Positions 36,694-50,053 of a stretch of 64,000 bases of DNA are shown one piece after another. The DNA is from Escherichia coli. GTDB taxonomy: Bacteria; Pseudomonadota; Gammaproteobacteria; Enterobacterales; Enterobacteriaceae. The translations under genes were made by a program, and so were the position numbers. The stretch is taken from NCBI RefSeq assembly GCF_003019035.1, contig NZ_CP027447.1. One strand, 5' to 3'. Below the pieces are notes generated by a model. It searched no databases. It saw nothing but the letters and a program-made list of their open reading frames with translations, and was not told the origin of the DNA. Position 1 is the first letter of the stretch, and every line of letters begins with the position of its first letter.

Positions 36694-39104
36694 TTGCACG
36701 TTGGTTCTGGCGCGAATGGCGCTCGCCGTCGCTATTAATTGTCTGGCTGGCGCTAAGCCTGGCGGTGGCCTGCGTGCTGGCGCTGGGCAATATCAGCGAT
36801 CGCATGGAGAAGGGCTTAAGCCAGCAAAGCCGGGAGTTTATGGCGGGCGATCGGGCGTTGCGCAGTTCGCGCGAAGTGCCGCAAGCGTGGCTGGAGGAAG
36901 CGCAAAAGCGCGGCCTGAAAGTCGGCAAGCAGCTGACTTTCGCCACCATGACATTTGCAGGCGACACACCGCAGCTGGCGAACGTCAAAGCGGTGGATGA
37001 TATCTACCCGATGTATGGCGATCTGCAAACCAATCCCCCAGGCCTGAAACCGCAGGCGGGCAGCGTATTGCTGGCCCCACGCCTGATGGCACTGCTTAAC
37101 CTGAAAACGGGCGACACCATTGACGTGGGCGATGCCACCTTGCGGATTGCCGGAGAAGTGATTCAGGAACCGGATTCCGGTTTTAACCCCTTCCAGATGG
37201 CTCCGCGTCTGATGATGAATCTGGCGGATGTCGATAAAACCGGAGCCGTGCAGCCGGGGAGTCGGGTCACCTGGCGTTATAAATTCGGCGGCAACGAGAA
37301 CCAGCTCGACGGCTATGAGAAATGGTTGTTACCCCAGCTTAAACCCGAACAACGCTGGTACGGTCTGGAACAGGACGAAGGCGCGCTGGGGCGATCGATG
37401 GAACGCTCGCAGCAGTTCCTGCTGCTTTCGGCGCTTCTGACCTTGCTGCTGGCAGTGGCAGCGGTGGCGGTGGCGATGAATCATTACTGTCGCAGTCGCT
37501 ACGATCTGGTGGCGATCCTCAAAACGCTGGGGGCAGGGCGAGCGCAACTGCGTAAGCTAATCGTCGGTCAGTGGTTGATGGTGCTGACGCTTTCAGCCGT
37601 TACCGGTGGGGCGATAGGCCTGTTGTTCGAAAACGTGTTGATGGTGCTGCTCAAGCCCGTTCTGCCTGCTGCACTACCGCCAGCCAGCCTCTGGCCGTGG
37701 CTATGGGCGCTGGGCACCATGACGGTTATCTCGCTGCTGGTGGGGCTACGACCATACCGCTTGTTGCTGGCAACGCAGCCTTTACGCGTATTACGTAATG
37801 ATGTGGTAGCGAACGTCTGGCCGCTGAAGTTTTATCTGCCGATTGTCAGTGTAGTGGTTGTGCTGCTGCTCGCCGGATTAATGGGTGGCAGCATGCTGCT
37901 TTGGGCGGTGCTGACGGGCGCGGTAGTACTGGCTTTGCTGTGCGGTGTGCTGGGCTGGATGCTGCTGAATGTACTTCGCCGCATGACGCTGAAATCGCTA
38001 CCTCTGCGCCTGGCGGTTAGCCGCCTGTTACGTCAGCCGTGCTCAACGTTAAGCCAGCTTTCGGCATTTTCGCTCTCCTTTATGCTGCTGGCACTGCTGC
38101 TGGTGTTGCGTGGCGATCTGCTCGACCGCTGGCAGCAGCAGCTACCGCCAGAAAGCCCGAACTACTTTTTAATTAACATCGCCACAGAACAGGTAGCACC
38201 GCTAAAAGCGTTCCTCGCGGAACATCAGATAGTCCCGGAATCGTTTTATCCGGTGGTGCGGGCGAGACTGACGGCGATTAACGGCAAGCCGACAGAAGGC
38301 AATGAAGATGAGGCGCTCAATCGCGAACTCAATCTTACCTGGCAAAATACGCGGCCCGATCATAATCCGATTGTCGCCGGTAACTGGCCGCCAAAAGCCG
38401 ATGAAGTGTCGATGGAAGAGGGGCTGGCGAAACGCTTAAACGTTGCCCTCGGTGATACCGTGACTTTTATGGGCGATACCCAGGAGTTCCGCGCTAAAGT
38501 GACCAGCCTGCGCAAAGTGGACTGGGAAAGTCTGCGGCCTAATTTCTATTTTATTTTCCCTGAAGGGGCATTAGACGGGCAACCGCAGAGCTGGCTTACC
38601 AGTTTCCGCTGGGAGAATGGCAACGGCATGTTGACGCAACTCAACCGCCAGTTCCCTACCATTAGCCTGTTAGACATTGGCGCGATTTTAAAACAGGTCG
38701 GTCAGGTGCTGGAGCAGGTAAGTCGGGCGCTGGAGGTGATGGTGGTGCTGGTCACCGCCTGCGGTATGTTGCTGTTGCTGGCACAGGTGCAGGTGGGAAT
38801 GCGTCAGCGTCATCAGGAGCTGGTGGTGTGGCGCACACTCGGTGCGGGGAAAAAGCTGCTGCGCACGACATTGTGGTGTGAGTTCGCCATGCTCGGGTTT
38901 GTTTCTGGCCTGGTGGCCGCAATTGGTGCGGAAACGGCGCTGGCAGTGTTGCAGGCGAAAGTGTTTGATTTTCCGTGGGAGCCAGACTGGCGATTGTGGA
39001 TTGTGCTGCCGTGCAGCGGTGCACTGCTGCTGTCGCTTTTCGGCGGCTGGCTGGGTGCGCGACTGGTTAAGGGTAAGGCGCTGTTCAGGCAGTTTGCGGG
39101 ATGA
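36690..39104 (+). CDS. ybbP: FtsX-like ABC transporter permease
   Basis: 804-aa polytopic membrane protein; 4-nt overlap with ybbA. Confidence 0.88.
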   Translation: MIARWFWREWRSPSLLIVWLALSLAVACVLALGNISDRMEKGLSQQSREFMAGDRALRSSREVPQAWLEEAQKRGLKVGKQLTFATMTFAGDTPQLANVKAVDDIYPMYGDLQTNPPGLKPQAGSVLLAPRLMALLNLKTGDTIDVGDATLRIAGEVIQEPDSGFNPFQMAPRLMMNLADVDKTGAVQPGSRVTWRYKFGGNENQLDGYEKWLLPQLKPEQRWYGLEQDEGALGRSMERSQQFLLLSALLTLLLAVAAVAVAMNHYCRSRYDLVAILKTLGAGRAQLRKLIVGQWLMVLTLSAVTGGAIGLLFENVLMVLLKPVLPAALPPASLWPWLWALGTMTVISLLVGLRPYRLLLATQPLRVLRNDVVANVWPLKFYLPIVSVVVVLLLAGLMGGSMLLWAVLTGAVVLALLCGVLGWMLLNVLRRMTLKSLPLRLAVSRLLRQPCSTLSQLSAFSLSFMLLALLLVLRGDLLDRWQQQLPPESPNYFLINIATEQVAPLKAFLAEHQIVPESFYPVVRARLTAINGKPTEGNEDEALNRELNLTWQNTRPDHNPIVAGNWPPKADEVSMEEGLAKRLNVALGDTVTFMGDTQEFRAKVTSLRKVDWESLRPNFYFIFPEGALDGQPQSWLTSFRWENGNGMLTQLNRQFPTISLLDIGAILKQVGQVLEQVSRALEVMVVLVTACGMLLLLAQVQVGMRQRHQELVVWRTLGAGKKLLRTTLWCEFAMLGFVSGLVAAIGAETALAVLQAKVFDFPWEPDWRLWIVLPCSGALLLSLFGGWLGARLVKGKALFRQFAG

Positions 39105-39120
39105 TGACAGGCGTTAGATT

Positions 39121-40369
<1,249 letters not shown>

Positions 40370-40463
40370 CATGCCTGCAATCTGGGAAACCGGGGTAGAA
40401 AAAAACTTGCAGGCCATAACAGTATCTACGAGGATCGTGCAATATATTTATTTTGCAAGATTG

Positions 40464-40498
40464 TGTAGGCCGGATAAGGCGTTTACGCCGCATCTGGC
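40464..40498. repeat. REP element, inverted partner
   Basis: tgtaggccggataaggcgtttacgccgcatctggc. Confidence 0.6.
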
Positions 40499-40529
40499 AT
40501 GAACAGTGTGCATTTTGGCAATAAATATG

Positions 40530-40557
40530 AAACCAACTGTCATGTCGGTTTTTTTAA
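40530..40557. terminator. Hairpin plus T-run, terminator candidate
   Basis: aaaccaac tgtcat gtcggttttttt, a near-copy of the hairpin at 41004-41033 with one stem mismatch. Confidence 0.4.
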
Positions 40558-40601
40558 AGGCCGAAGGTGGTAAACCTTCGGCCTTAGCTACGTTTCCTCA
40601 G

Positions 40602-40685
40602 TTATTCAATAAACTGACGGATCAGTTCCAGCAGCGCGATTAGCGCCTTAAGAACGATGAGAACTTTATCGAGAAAAGTTTTCAT
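40602..40685 (-). CDS. 27-aa hydrophobic peptide, DinQ-like type I toxin candidate
   Basis: Translation MKTFLDKVLIVLKALIALLELIRQFIE; shares the core ALIALLELIR with DinQ as I recall it. GGGAG Shine-Dalgarno 6 nt upstream lies inside the palindrome ctcccttaagggag (40692-40705). Too short for the supplied ORF track. Confidence 0.55.
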   Translation of the reverse strand: MKTFLDKVLIVLKALIALLELIRQFIE

Positions 40686-40945
40686 CCGTTGCTCCCTTAA
40701 GGGAGAAAGACAATCACAGCTTACCCTTACGTTGCCTGTAACTATGATTTTCTTCATGTGCTAGATGAGGACTGCCTCTCTCCAAATTAGAGCACCAGAA
40801 TCAGCACCACCTGTATCCTGACCAGGACTTAAAAGTACTTTTCCGCACTGCGGTAATCCCTTGAGGCAGTATCACTACTAGCGTCGGGATTGTATCGCCA
40901 ACATAGCTGTTTGAATATGTAGGCATCCTGACTTATAATTCACTT

Positions 40946-41033
40946 GCTAGATGAGGACTGTTTCATTTCTGCCCGGAACCACCAAGTCTTGGGCGGAAAA
41001 AATAAAAAAACCGACTGTCATGTCGGTTTTTTT
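40946..41033 (+). ncRNA. Candidate small RNA (agrB-like antitoxin) ending in a bidirectional terminator
   Basis: -10-like tataat at 40934-40939; the transcript would begin near ttgctagatgaggactg (40944-40960), a 15-17-nt repeat of 40758-40774 that lies in the likely toxin 5' UTR, so the sRNA would be complementary to the toxin mRNA; ends at the hairpin 41004-41033. Confidence 0.4.
41004..41033. terminator. Bidirectional Rho-independent terminator (mnmH and sRNA)
   Basis: aaaaaaaccgac tgtcat gtcggttttttt: GC stem flanked by an A-run and a T-run, so it works on both strands. Confidence 0.6.
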
Positions 41034-41096
41034 ATATCTGTATTCTGGTGCAACCATTTTGTTCTCACGACAATCGCCGTTTCAGAATACCGCCTA

Positions 41097-42206
<1,110 letters not shown>

Positions 42207-42259
42207 TCAAATCAGCTTGCGCGCTATTTTACGCGCCAACGCGCAAGGAAACTTGATTT

Positions 42260-43186
42260 TTAACTGCGTGGGTTGCCGAAAATTTCTAAAAATCCGCTGA
42301 TTTCCGGCCTGCGTTGGGTAAACAAGGTCACAATATCTTCTACCGCTTTGCCGCTGCCAAATTTGCGCCATGCCAGACTCAATGGCGAAGGAGGGCGCAT
42401 CGTTGGGATTACCCGGCTGACCAGTTGTTGATTATCGATCATTAACTGGCAAAGTGATTTTGGCAAAAAACCAATGCCAACGCCCGCCAGATGGGCGGCG
42501 ATTTTCGTTTCCATATCAGGAACAATAATCTCTTTTTGCCCTGGCAATCGCCAGGCGACGCGTTTGGTTAAGGTGCGGGCGCTGTCTTCAATATTGACCG
42601 CCGGAAAGCGCCGCAACTGCGCTTCTGTTAGCGGCTCTTCAACGTTCGCCAGCGGATGATCCGCCGCCATGACAAAGCGCCATTGCACCGATCCTAAGGG
42701 ATCAAGACTAAAGGTATTTGCCAGCGCCTCGGTTCCCGTGACGCCGATAGCCAGTGAAAAACCTTCGTATAATAGCGAATCCCAGACGCCCATATAGATT
42801 TGTCGGGAGATGTGAAACTGGGTAAAGGGGTAACGTTCATTCAGCCACGCCAGCAACTGGGCGACGGCCTGGGGGTTATAGAGCAGGTTGTTGATGACAA
42901 TATTCACCTGGCGTTCCACGCCATCATTCACCTGTTGCAGCTCGCTGGGCATACTTTCCAGCCAGCTCAGCCAGTCTCTGGCCTGGGAAAGTAGATGCTC
43001 GCCAGCCGCTGTCAACGTTACGCTACGAGTCGTACGGAAAAACAGCGCTACTCCGGTATTCTCTTCCAGAAGTTTAATGCGATAACTGATCGTCGCCGTG
43101 GTTTTACATAATCGTTCTGCCGCTTTTGAAAAACTTCCTGTTTCAGCAACCGCAATGAAAGTCCGCAAGGTTTCTGGATCGAACAT
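42260..43186 (-). CDS. allS: LysR-family activator of allantoin catabolism
   Basis: 308 aa with N-terminal LysR HTH; divergent from allA. Confidence 0.85.
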   Translation of the reverse strand: MFDPETLRTFIAVAETGSFSKAAERLCKTTATISYRIKLLEENTGVALFFRTTRSVTLTAAGEHLLSQARDWLSWLESMPSELQQVNDGVERQVNIVINNLLYNPQAVAQLLAWLNERYPFTQFHISRQIYMGVWDSLLYEGFSLAIGVTGTEALANTFSLDPLGSVQWRFVMAADHPLANVEEPLTEAQLRRFPAVNIEDSARTLTKRVAWRLPGQKEIIVPDMETKIAAHLAGVGIGFLPKSLCQLMIDNQQLVSRVIPTMRPPSPLSLAWRKFGSGKAVEDIVTLFTQRRPEISGFLEIFGNPRS

Positions 43187-43283
43187 CTTCAGGTATCCCC
43201 TTTTAAATCCGCAAGTTGCGTGATTTTCTTATCCTCTGATTTATCAGTATTTTTACATGATAACCCTGTTCAATTTGTGGACT

Positions 43284-43300
43284 AAATCTAGTTTTGGAAA
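43284..43300. promoter_or_regulatory. AllR operator candidate (allS-allA intergenic)
   Basis: Perfect 17-bp palindrome TTGGAAAAATATTCCAA, IclR-type operator architecture. Confidence 0.5.
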
Positions 43301-43415
43301 AATATTCCAACTTTTGTATTGATGTTGTTCTCTTAAGGTTTTAGATTGCCTGTTATTGAAACCAAGCTGACCGGTCGGCGGTGGTTGAACGGAATTATGT
43401 TACAAGGACAAAGAG

Positions 43416-43898
43416 ATGAAACTTCAGGTATTACCGTTAAGTCAGGAAGCCTTTAGTGCTTATGGCGACGTAATCGAAACGCAGCAACGGGATTTTTTCC
43501 ATATTAACAATGGCCTGGTGGAGCGTTACCACGATTTGGCGCTGGTTGAGATTCTTGAGCAAGACCGTACGCTTATCAGCATTAACCGCGCGCAACCGGC
43601 GAATTTGCCGCTGACCATTCACGAACTCGAACGTCATCCGCTGGGTACTCAGGCCTTTATCCCGATGAAAGGGGAAGTGTTTGTGGTGGTCGTGGCGTTA
43701 GGTGACGACAAACCAGACCTGTCAACTCTGCGGGCGTTTATTACCAACGGCGAACAGGGGGTGAATTACCATCGTAACGTCTGGCATCATCCACTTTTCG
43801 CCTGGCAGCGCGTCACCGATTTCTTGACCATCGATCGCGGCGGCAGTGACAACTGTGATGTTGAAAGTATTCCTGAACAGGAACTCTGTTTTGCGTGA
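43416..43898 (+). CDS. allA: Ureidoglycolate lyase
   Basis: 160 aa; synteny allS-allA-allR. Confidence 0.85.
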
Positions 43899-43975
43899 CG
43901 CCTGCAACCGACTTGCATAAGATAAATTAATTGTTCATTGTTTATGCTCACTTGTAGGTCGGAGTTAACGTAGGT

Positions 43976-44791
43976 ATGACGGAAGTTAGACGGCGCGGCA
44001 GGCCAGGACAGGCGGAGCCTGTGGCACAGAAGGGCGCACAGGCGTTAGAGCGGGGAATTGCGATTCTGCAATATCTGGAAAAAAGTGGGGGAAGTTCGTC
44101 GGTTAGCGATATTTCTCTCAATCTGGATTTGCCGCTCTCCACGACCTTTCGCTTGCTGAAGGTTTTACAGGCAGCGGATTTTGTCTATCAGGACAGTCAG
44201 TTAGGCTGGTGGCATATAGGATTAGGTGTCTTTAACGTCGGTGCGGCGTACATCCATAACCGCGATGTCCTCTCCGTCGCCGGGCCGTTTATGCGCCGCC
44301 TGATGTTACTTTCCGGCGAAACGGTCAATGTCGCGATCCGTAACGGCAATGAAGCGGTATTAATTGGTCAGTTAGAGTGTAAATCGATGGTCAGGATGTG
44401 TGCGCCGCTGGGCAGTCGTCTGCCGCTGCATGCTTCCGGTGCGGGCAAAGCGCTGCTTTATCCACTGGCGGAAGAGGAGTTGATGAGCATCATTCTGCAA
44501 ACCGGTTTGCAGCAGTTTACGCCAACTACGCTTGTGGATATGCCCACCTTGCTGAAGGACCTGGAACAAGCGCGTGAACTGGGCTATACCGTAGATAAAG
44601 AAGAGCATGTTGTAGGCCTGAATTGCATAGCTTCAGCAATTTACGATGATGTAGGTAGTGTTGTTGCCGCTATCTCCATCTCCGGGCCTTCATCAAGACT
44701 GACAGAAGATCGTTTTGTCAGTCAGGGTGAGCTGGTCAGAGACACCGCCCGCGATATCAGCACGGCGTTGGGACTGAAAGCACATCCATAG
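43976..44791 (+). CDS. allR: IclR-family allantoin repressor
   Basis: 271 aa with N-terminal HTH and IclR effector domain. Confidence 0.85.
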
Positions 44792-44803
44792 TGTCTGTCG
44801 CAT

Positions 44804-44828
44804 CCCGCTCTGCGGAGCGGGTTTTTTT
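44804..44828 (+). terminator. Rho-independent terminator after allR
   Basis: cccgctc tgcg gagcggg followed by ttttttt. Confidence 0.65.
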
Positions 44829-44843
44829 GACAAAATTTGAAAG

Positions 44844-44860
44844 TTGGAAAATTTTTCCAA
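44844..44860. promoter_or_regulatory. AllR operator candidate upstream of gcl
   Basis: 17-bp palindrome TTGGAAAATTTTTCCAA, same half-sites as the allS-allA site. Confidence 0.5.
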
Positions 44861-44880
44861 TTAATAGAGGTAGGAATAAA

Positions 44881-46662
44881 ATGGCAAAAATGAGAGCCGT
44901 TGACGCGGCAATGTATGTGCTGGAGAAAGAAGGTATCACCACCGCCTTCGGCGTTCCGGGAGCTGCAATCAATCCGTTCTACTCAGCGATGCGTAAGCAC
45001 GGCGGTATTCGTCACATTCTGGCGCGTCATGTGGAAGGTGCTTCGCACATGGCGGAAGGTTATACCCGCGCAACGGCAGGGAATATCGGCGTATGTCTGG
45101 GGACTTCCGGTCCTGCGGGCACGGACATGATCACCGCGCTCTATTCCGCTTCTGCTGATTCCATTCCTATTCTGTGTATTACCGGCCAGGCTCCGCGCGC
45201 CCGTCTGCATAAAGAAGATTTCCAGGCCGTTGATATTGAAGCAATTGCTAAACCGGTCAGCAAAATGGCGGTTACAGTTCGTGAAGCGGCGCTGGTGCCT
45301 CGCGTGCTGCAACAGGCATTTCACCTGATGCGTTCTGGTCGCCCGGGTCCGGTACTGGTGGATTTACCGTTCGACGTTCAGGTTGCGGAAATCGAGTTTG
45401 ATCCTGACATGTACGAACCGCTGCCGGTCTACAAACCTGCTGCCAGCCGTATGCAGATCGAAAAAGCTGTAGAAATGTTAATTCAGGCCGAACGTCCGGT
45501 GATTGTTGCCGGGGGCGGGGTAATCAATGCTGACGCTGCTGCACTGTTACAACAGTTTGCTGAACTGACCAGCGTTCCGGTGATCCCAACGCTGATGGGC
45601 TGGGGCTGTATCCCGGACGATCATGAACTGATGGCCGGGATGGTGGGTCTGCAAACCGCGCATCGTTACGGTAACGCAACGTTGCTGGCGTCCGACATGG
45701 TGTTTGGTATCGGTAACCGTTTTGCTAACCGTCATACCGGTTCGGTAGAGAAATACACCGAAGGGCGCAAAATCGTTCATATCGATATTGAGCCGACGCA
45801 AATTGGCCGCGTGCTGTGTCCGGATCTCGGCATTGTCTCTGATGCTAAAGCGGCGCTGACGCTGCTGGTTGAAGTGGCGCAGGAGATGCAAAAAGCGGGT
45901 CGTCTGCCGTGTCGTAAAGAATGGGTCGCCGACTGCCAGCAGCGCAAACGCACTTTGCTGCGCAAAACCCACTTCGACAACGTGCCGGTGAAACCGCAGC
46001 GCGTGTATGAAGAGATGAACAAAGCCTTTGGTCGCGATGTTTGTTATGTCACCACCATTGGTCTGTCACAAATCGCTGCGGCACAAATGCTGCATGTCTT
46101 TAAAGACCGCCACTGGATCAACTGTGGGCAGGCAGGCCCGCTGGGCTGGACGATTCCGGCGGCGCTGGGGGTTTGTGCCGCTGATCCAGAGCGCAATGTG
46201 GTGGCGATTTCCGGTGACTTCGACTTCCAGTTCCTGATTGAAGAATTGGCCGTTGGCGCACAGTTCAACATTCCGTACATCCATGTGCTGGTGAATAACG
46301 CTTATCTGGGGCTGATTCGCCAGTCGCAGCGCGCCTTTGACATGGACTACTGCGTGCAACTCGCTTTCGAGAATATCAACTCCAGCGAAGTGAACGGTTA
46401 CGGCGTCGACCACGTAAAAGTAGCGGAAGGTTTAGGTTGTAAAGCAATTCGCGTTTTCAAACCGGAAGATATTGCACCAGCCTTTGAACAGGCGAAAGTC
46501 TTAATGGCGCAATATCGGGTACCGGTAGTCGTGGAAGTTATTCTCGAGCGTGTGACCAATATTTCGATGGGCAGTGAACTGGATAACGTCATGGAATTTG
46601 AAGATATCGCCGATAACGCAGCGGACGCACCGACTGAAACCTGTTTCATGCACTATGAATAA
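44881..46662 (+). CDS. gcl: Glyoxylate carboligase (ThDP enzyme)
   Basis: 593 aa from [10 protein letters not shown]; the track ORF starting at 44791 reads through the allR terminator and operator and is rejected; AGAGG ribosome-binding site upstream of 44881. Confidence 0.88.
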   Translation: MAKMRAVDAAMYVLEKEGITTAFGVPGAAINPFYSAMRKHGGIRHILARHVEGASHMAEGYTRATAGNIGVCLGTSGPAGTDMITALYSASADSIPILCITGQAPRARLHKEDFQAVDIEAIAKPVSKMAVTVREAALVPRVLQQAFHLMRSGRPGPVLVDLPFDVQVAEIEFDPDMYEPLPVYKPAASRMQIEKAVEMLIQAERPVIVAGGGVINADAAALLQQFAELTSVPVIPTLMGWGCIPDDHELMAGMVGLQTAHRYGNATLLASDMVFGIGNRFANRHTGSVEKYTEGRKIVHIDIEPTQIGRVLCPDLGIVSDAKAALTLLVEVAQEMQKAGRLPCRKEWVADCQQRKRTLLRKTHFDNVPVKPQRVYEEMNKAFGRDVCYVTTIGLSQIAAAQMLHVFKDRHWINCGQAGPLGWTIPAALGVCAADPERNVVAISGDFDFQFLIEELAVGAQFNIPYIHVLVNNAYLGLIRQSQRAFDMDYCVQLAFENINSSEVNGYGVDHVKVAEGLGCKAIRVFKPEDIAPAFEQAKVLMAQYRVPVVVEVILERVTNISMGSELDNVMEFEDIADNAADAPTETCFMHYE

Positions 46663-46674
46663 GGGAGATAAATA

Positions 46675-47451
46675 ATGTTACGTTTCTCTGCTAATTTATC
46701 GATGTTATTTGGTGAATATGATTTTCTCGCCCGTTTTGAGAAAGCTGCGCAGTGTGGTTTTCGCGGCGTTGAATTTATGTTCCCTTATGACTACGACATT
46801 GAAGAATTAAAACAGGTGCTGGCGAGTAATAAACTCGAACATACGCTGCACAATTTACCGGCAGGTGACTGGGCGGCGGGCGAGCGGGGTATTGCCTGTA
46901 TTCCTGGCCGTGAAGAAGAGTTTCGGGATGGCGTAGCAGCAGCTATTCGTTATGCTCGTGCGCTGGGTAATAAAAAAATTAACTGTCTGGTCGGTAAAAC
47001 GCCAGCTGGTTTCAGCAGTGAACAGATTCACGCAACGCTTGTAGAAAACCTGCGTTATGCCGCGAATATGCTGATGAAAGAAGATATTTTATTACTGATT
47101 GAACCTATCAACCATTTTGATATTCCTGGTTTCCATCTCACCGGAACCCGGCAGGCACTGAAACTGATTGACGATGTTGGTTGCTGCAATTTGAAAATTC
47201 AGTATGACATTTATCACATGCAGCGGATGGAAGGTGAATTAACTAATACCATGACTCAGTGGGCCGATAAAATTGGTCACCTGCAAATCGCTGATAATCC
47301 GCATCGCGGCGAACCGGGAACCGGAGAAATTAATTACGAATATCTCTTTACGGTAATTGAAAATTCTGACTACAACGGTTGGGTTGGCTGTGAATATAAA
47401 CCCCAAACCACCACGGAAGCTGGTTTACGCTGGATGGATCCGTACCGTTAA
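46675..47451 (+). CDS. hyi: Hydroxypyruvate isomerase
   Basis: 258 aa, TIM-barrel-type; synteny after gcl. Confidence 0.85.
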   Translation: MLRFSANLSMLFGEYDFLARFEKAAQCGFRGVEFMFPYDYDIEELKQVLASNKLEHTLHNLPAGDWAAGERGIACIPGREEEFRDGVAAAIRYARALGNKKINCLVGKTPAGFSSEQIHATLVENLRYAANMLMKEDILLLIEPINHFDIPGFHLTGTRQALKLIDDVGCCNLKIQYDIYHMQRMEGELTNTMTQWADKIGHLQIADNPHRGEPGTGEINYEYLFTVIENSDYNGWVGCEYKPQTTTEAGLRWMDPYR

Positions 47452-47550
47452 AACGTAACGCTATTCAGACAATGCTTTTTTAGGTCGCTAAGTCGGCAGG
47501 GGATCGTGTTGTCTGAATTCAGGAAAAGCGAAATTTAAAAGAGGTTAATT

Positions 47551-48429
47551 ATGAAACTGGGATTTATTGGCTTAGGCATTATGGGTACACCGATGGCCAT
47601 TAATCTGGCACGTGCTGGTCATCAACTGCATGTCACAACCATTGGTCCGGTTGCTGATGAATTACTGTCACTGGGTGCCGTCAGTGTTGAAACTGCGCGC
47701 CAGGTAACGGAAGCATCGGACATCATTTTTATTATGGTGCCGGATACGCCACAGGTTGAAGACGTTCTGTTTGGTGAAAATGGTTGTACCAAAGCCTCGC
47801 TGAAGGGCAAAACCATTGTTGATATGAGCTCCATTTCCCCGATCGAAACTAAACGTTTCGCTCGTCAGGTGAATGAACTGGGCGGCGATTATCTCGATGC
47901 GCCAGTCTCCGGCGGTGAAATCGGCGCGCGTGAAGGGACGTTATCGATTATGGTTGGCGGTGACGAAGCGGTATTCGAACGTGTTAAACCGCTGTTTGAA
48001 CTGCTCGGTAAAAATATCACCCTCGTGGGCGGTAACGGCGACGGTCAAACCTGCAAAGTGGCAAATCAGATTATCGTGGCGCTCAATATTGAAGCGGTTT
48101 CTGAAGCCCTGCTATTTGCTTCAAAAGCCGGAGCGGATCCGGTACGTGTGCGCCAGGCGCTGATGGGCGGCTTTGCTTCCTCACGTATTCTGGAAGTTCA
48201 CGGTGAGCGCATGATTAAACGCACCTTTAATCCAGGTTTTAAAATTGCGCTGCACCAGAAAGATCTCAACCTGGCACTGCAAAGTGCGAAAGCACTGGCG
48301 CTGAATCTGCCAAACACCGCGACCTGCCAGGAATTGTTTAATACCTGTGCGGCAAACGGTGGTAGCCAGTTGGATCACTCTGCGTTAGTGCAGGCGCTGG
48401 AATTAATGGCTAACCATAAACTGGCCTGA
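47551..48429 (+). CDS. glxR: Tartronate semialdehyde reductase
   Basis: 292 aa; N-terminal Rossmann motif GFIGLGIMG. Confidence 0.88.
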   Translation: MKLGFIGLGIMGTPMAINLARAGHQLHVTTIGPVADELLSLGAVSVETARQVTEASDIIFIMVPDTPQVEDVLFGENGCTKASLKGKTIVDMSSISPIETKRFARQVNELGGDYLDAPVSGGEIGAREGTLSIMVGGDEAVFERVKPLFELLGKNITLVGGNGDGQTCKVANQIIVALNIEAVSEALLFASKAGADPVRVRQALMGGFASSRILEVHGERMIKRTFNPGFKIALHQKDLNLALQSAKALALNLPNTATCQELFNTCAANGGSQLDHSALVQALELMANHKLA

Positions 48430-48598
48430 TACCCGCAATAAAAATGGCCGATATCAGAAAATGAATCGGCCAGCAATATTAAAAAAAGAAAGTAGCCAAA
48501 GATGTTGCTTCAGTATTAAAAATAATATTTTTATTTTATTTGTTCCTCATAGCTAGATTAAAAAGACGTTATTCGATACGTGAAATTAAGAGGGATTT

Positions 48599-50053
48599 AT
48601 GGAACATCAGAGAAAACTATTCCAGCAACGCGGCTATAGCGAAGATCTATTGCCGAAAACGCAAAGCCAGCGGACCTGGAAAACATTTAACTATTTTACC
48701 TTATGGATGGGTTCGGTTCATAACGTTCCCAATTATGTGATGGTCGGCGGCTTTTTTATTCTCGGCTTGTCTACCTTTAGTATTATGCTGGCAATTATCC
48801 TCAGCGCCTTTTTCATTGCCGCGGTAATGGTATTAAACGGTGCTGCGGGCAGTAAATACGGCGTGCCTTTTGCCATGATCCTGCGTGCTTCTTATGGCGT
48901 ACGTGGCGCACTGTTTCCCGGATTATTAAGAGGCGGGATTGCTGCCATTATGTGGTTTGGCCTGCAATGTTACGCTGGATCGCTGGCCTGCTTGATCCTG
49001 ATTGGCAAAATCTGGCCGGGATTTTTAACTCTCGGTGGTGATTTTACCCTGTTAGGGCTTTCTCTACCGGGCTTAATCACTTTCTTACTCTTCTGGCTGG
49101 TGAACGTCGGAATCGGTTTCGGTGGTGGCAAAGTTTTAAATAAATTCACCGCCATTCTTAACCCGTGCATCTATGTTGTCTTCGGCGGTATGGCGATTTG
49201 GGCGATTTCGCTGGTCGGGATCGGTCCAATCTTTGACTACATTCCGAGCGGTATTCAGAAAGCAGAAAACAGTGGCTTCCTGTTCCTGGTGGTGATTAAC
49301 GCGGTAGTTGCGGTATGGGCAGCACCGGCGGTGAGCGCATCCGACTTTACGCAAAACGCCCACTCGTTTCGTGAGCAAGCGCTGGGGCAAACGCTGGGTT
49401 TAGTTGTGGCCTATATTCTGTTTGCGGTCGCCGGGGTATGTATTATTGCCGGAGCCAGTATTCACTACGGCGCTGACACCTGGAACGTGCTGGATATTGT
49501 TCAGCGTTGGGACAGCCTGTTCGCCTCGTTCTTTGCGGTACTGGTTATTCTGATGACGACTATCTCCACTAACGCGACCGGTAATATTATTCCAGCCGGT
49601 TATCAGATTGCCGCTATTGCACCGACAAAACTGACCTATAAAAACGGCGTACTGATTGCCAGTATTATCAGCTTGCTGATCTGCCCGTGGAAATTAATGG
49701 AAAATCAGGACAGCATTTATCTGTTCCTCGATATTATCGGCGGAATGCTGGGCCCGGTAATTGGTGTCATGATGGCGCATTATTTTGTGGTGATGCGCGG
49801 ACAAATTAATCTTGATGAACTTTATACCGCAGCAGGTGATTTCAAATATTACGATAACGGCTTTAACCTTACCGCGTTCTCAGTAACTTTGGTCGCCGTT
49901 ATTTTATCTCTCGGTGGTAAATTTATTCCATTCATGGAGCCTTTATCACGCGTTTCATGGTTTGTCGGCGTTATTGTCGCCTTTGCGGCCTACGCCTTAT
50001 TAAAGAAACGTACTGCAGCAGAAAAAACAGGAGAACAAAAAGTCACAGGTTAA
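48599..50053 (+). CDS. ybbW: Allantoin permease (NCS1 family)
   Basis: 484-aa polytopic transporter; synteny. Confidence 0.85.
   Translation: MEHQRKLFQQRGYSEDLLPKTQSQRTWKTFNYFTLWMGSVHNVPNYVMVGGFFILGLSTFSIMLAIILSAFFIAAVMVLNGAAGSKYGVPFAMILRASYGVRGALFPGLLRGGIAAIMWFGLQCYAGSLACLILIGKIWPGFLTLGGDFTLLGLSLPGLITFLLFWLVNVGIGFGGGKVLNKFTAILNPCIYVVFGGMAIWAISLVGIGPIFDYIPSGIQKAENSGFLFLVVINAVVAVWAAPAVSASDFTQNAHSFREQALGQTLGLVVAYILFAVAGVCIIAGASIHYGADTWNVLDIVQRWDSLFASFFAVLVILMTTISTNATGNIIPAGYQIAAIAPTKLTYKNGVLIASIISLLICPWKLMENQDSIYLFLDIIGGMLGPVIGVMMAHYFVVMRGQINLDELYTAAGDFKYYDNGFNLTAFSVTLVAVILSLGGKFIPFMEPLSRVSWFVGVIVAFAAYALLKKRTAAEKTGEQKVTG

Noticed and set aside
40700..40945. Search for a LexA box (CTGT-N8-ACAG) upstream of the DinQ-like ORF
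   Set aside because: Only imperfect matches (for example ctgtttgaatatgtag) were seen, so SOS control is not claimed.
44791..44880. N-terminal extension of gcl from a GTG at 44791
   Set aside because: The extension reads through the allR terminator hairpin and the AllR palindrome; ATG at 44881 has a ribosome-binding site and gives the expected [11 protein letters not shown]-terminus.
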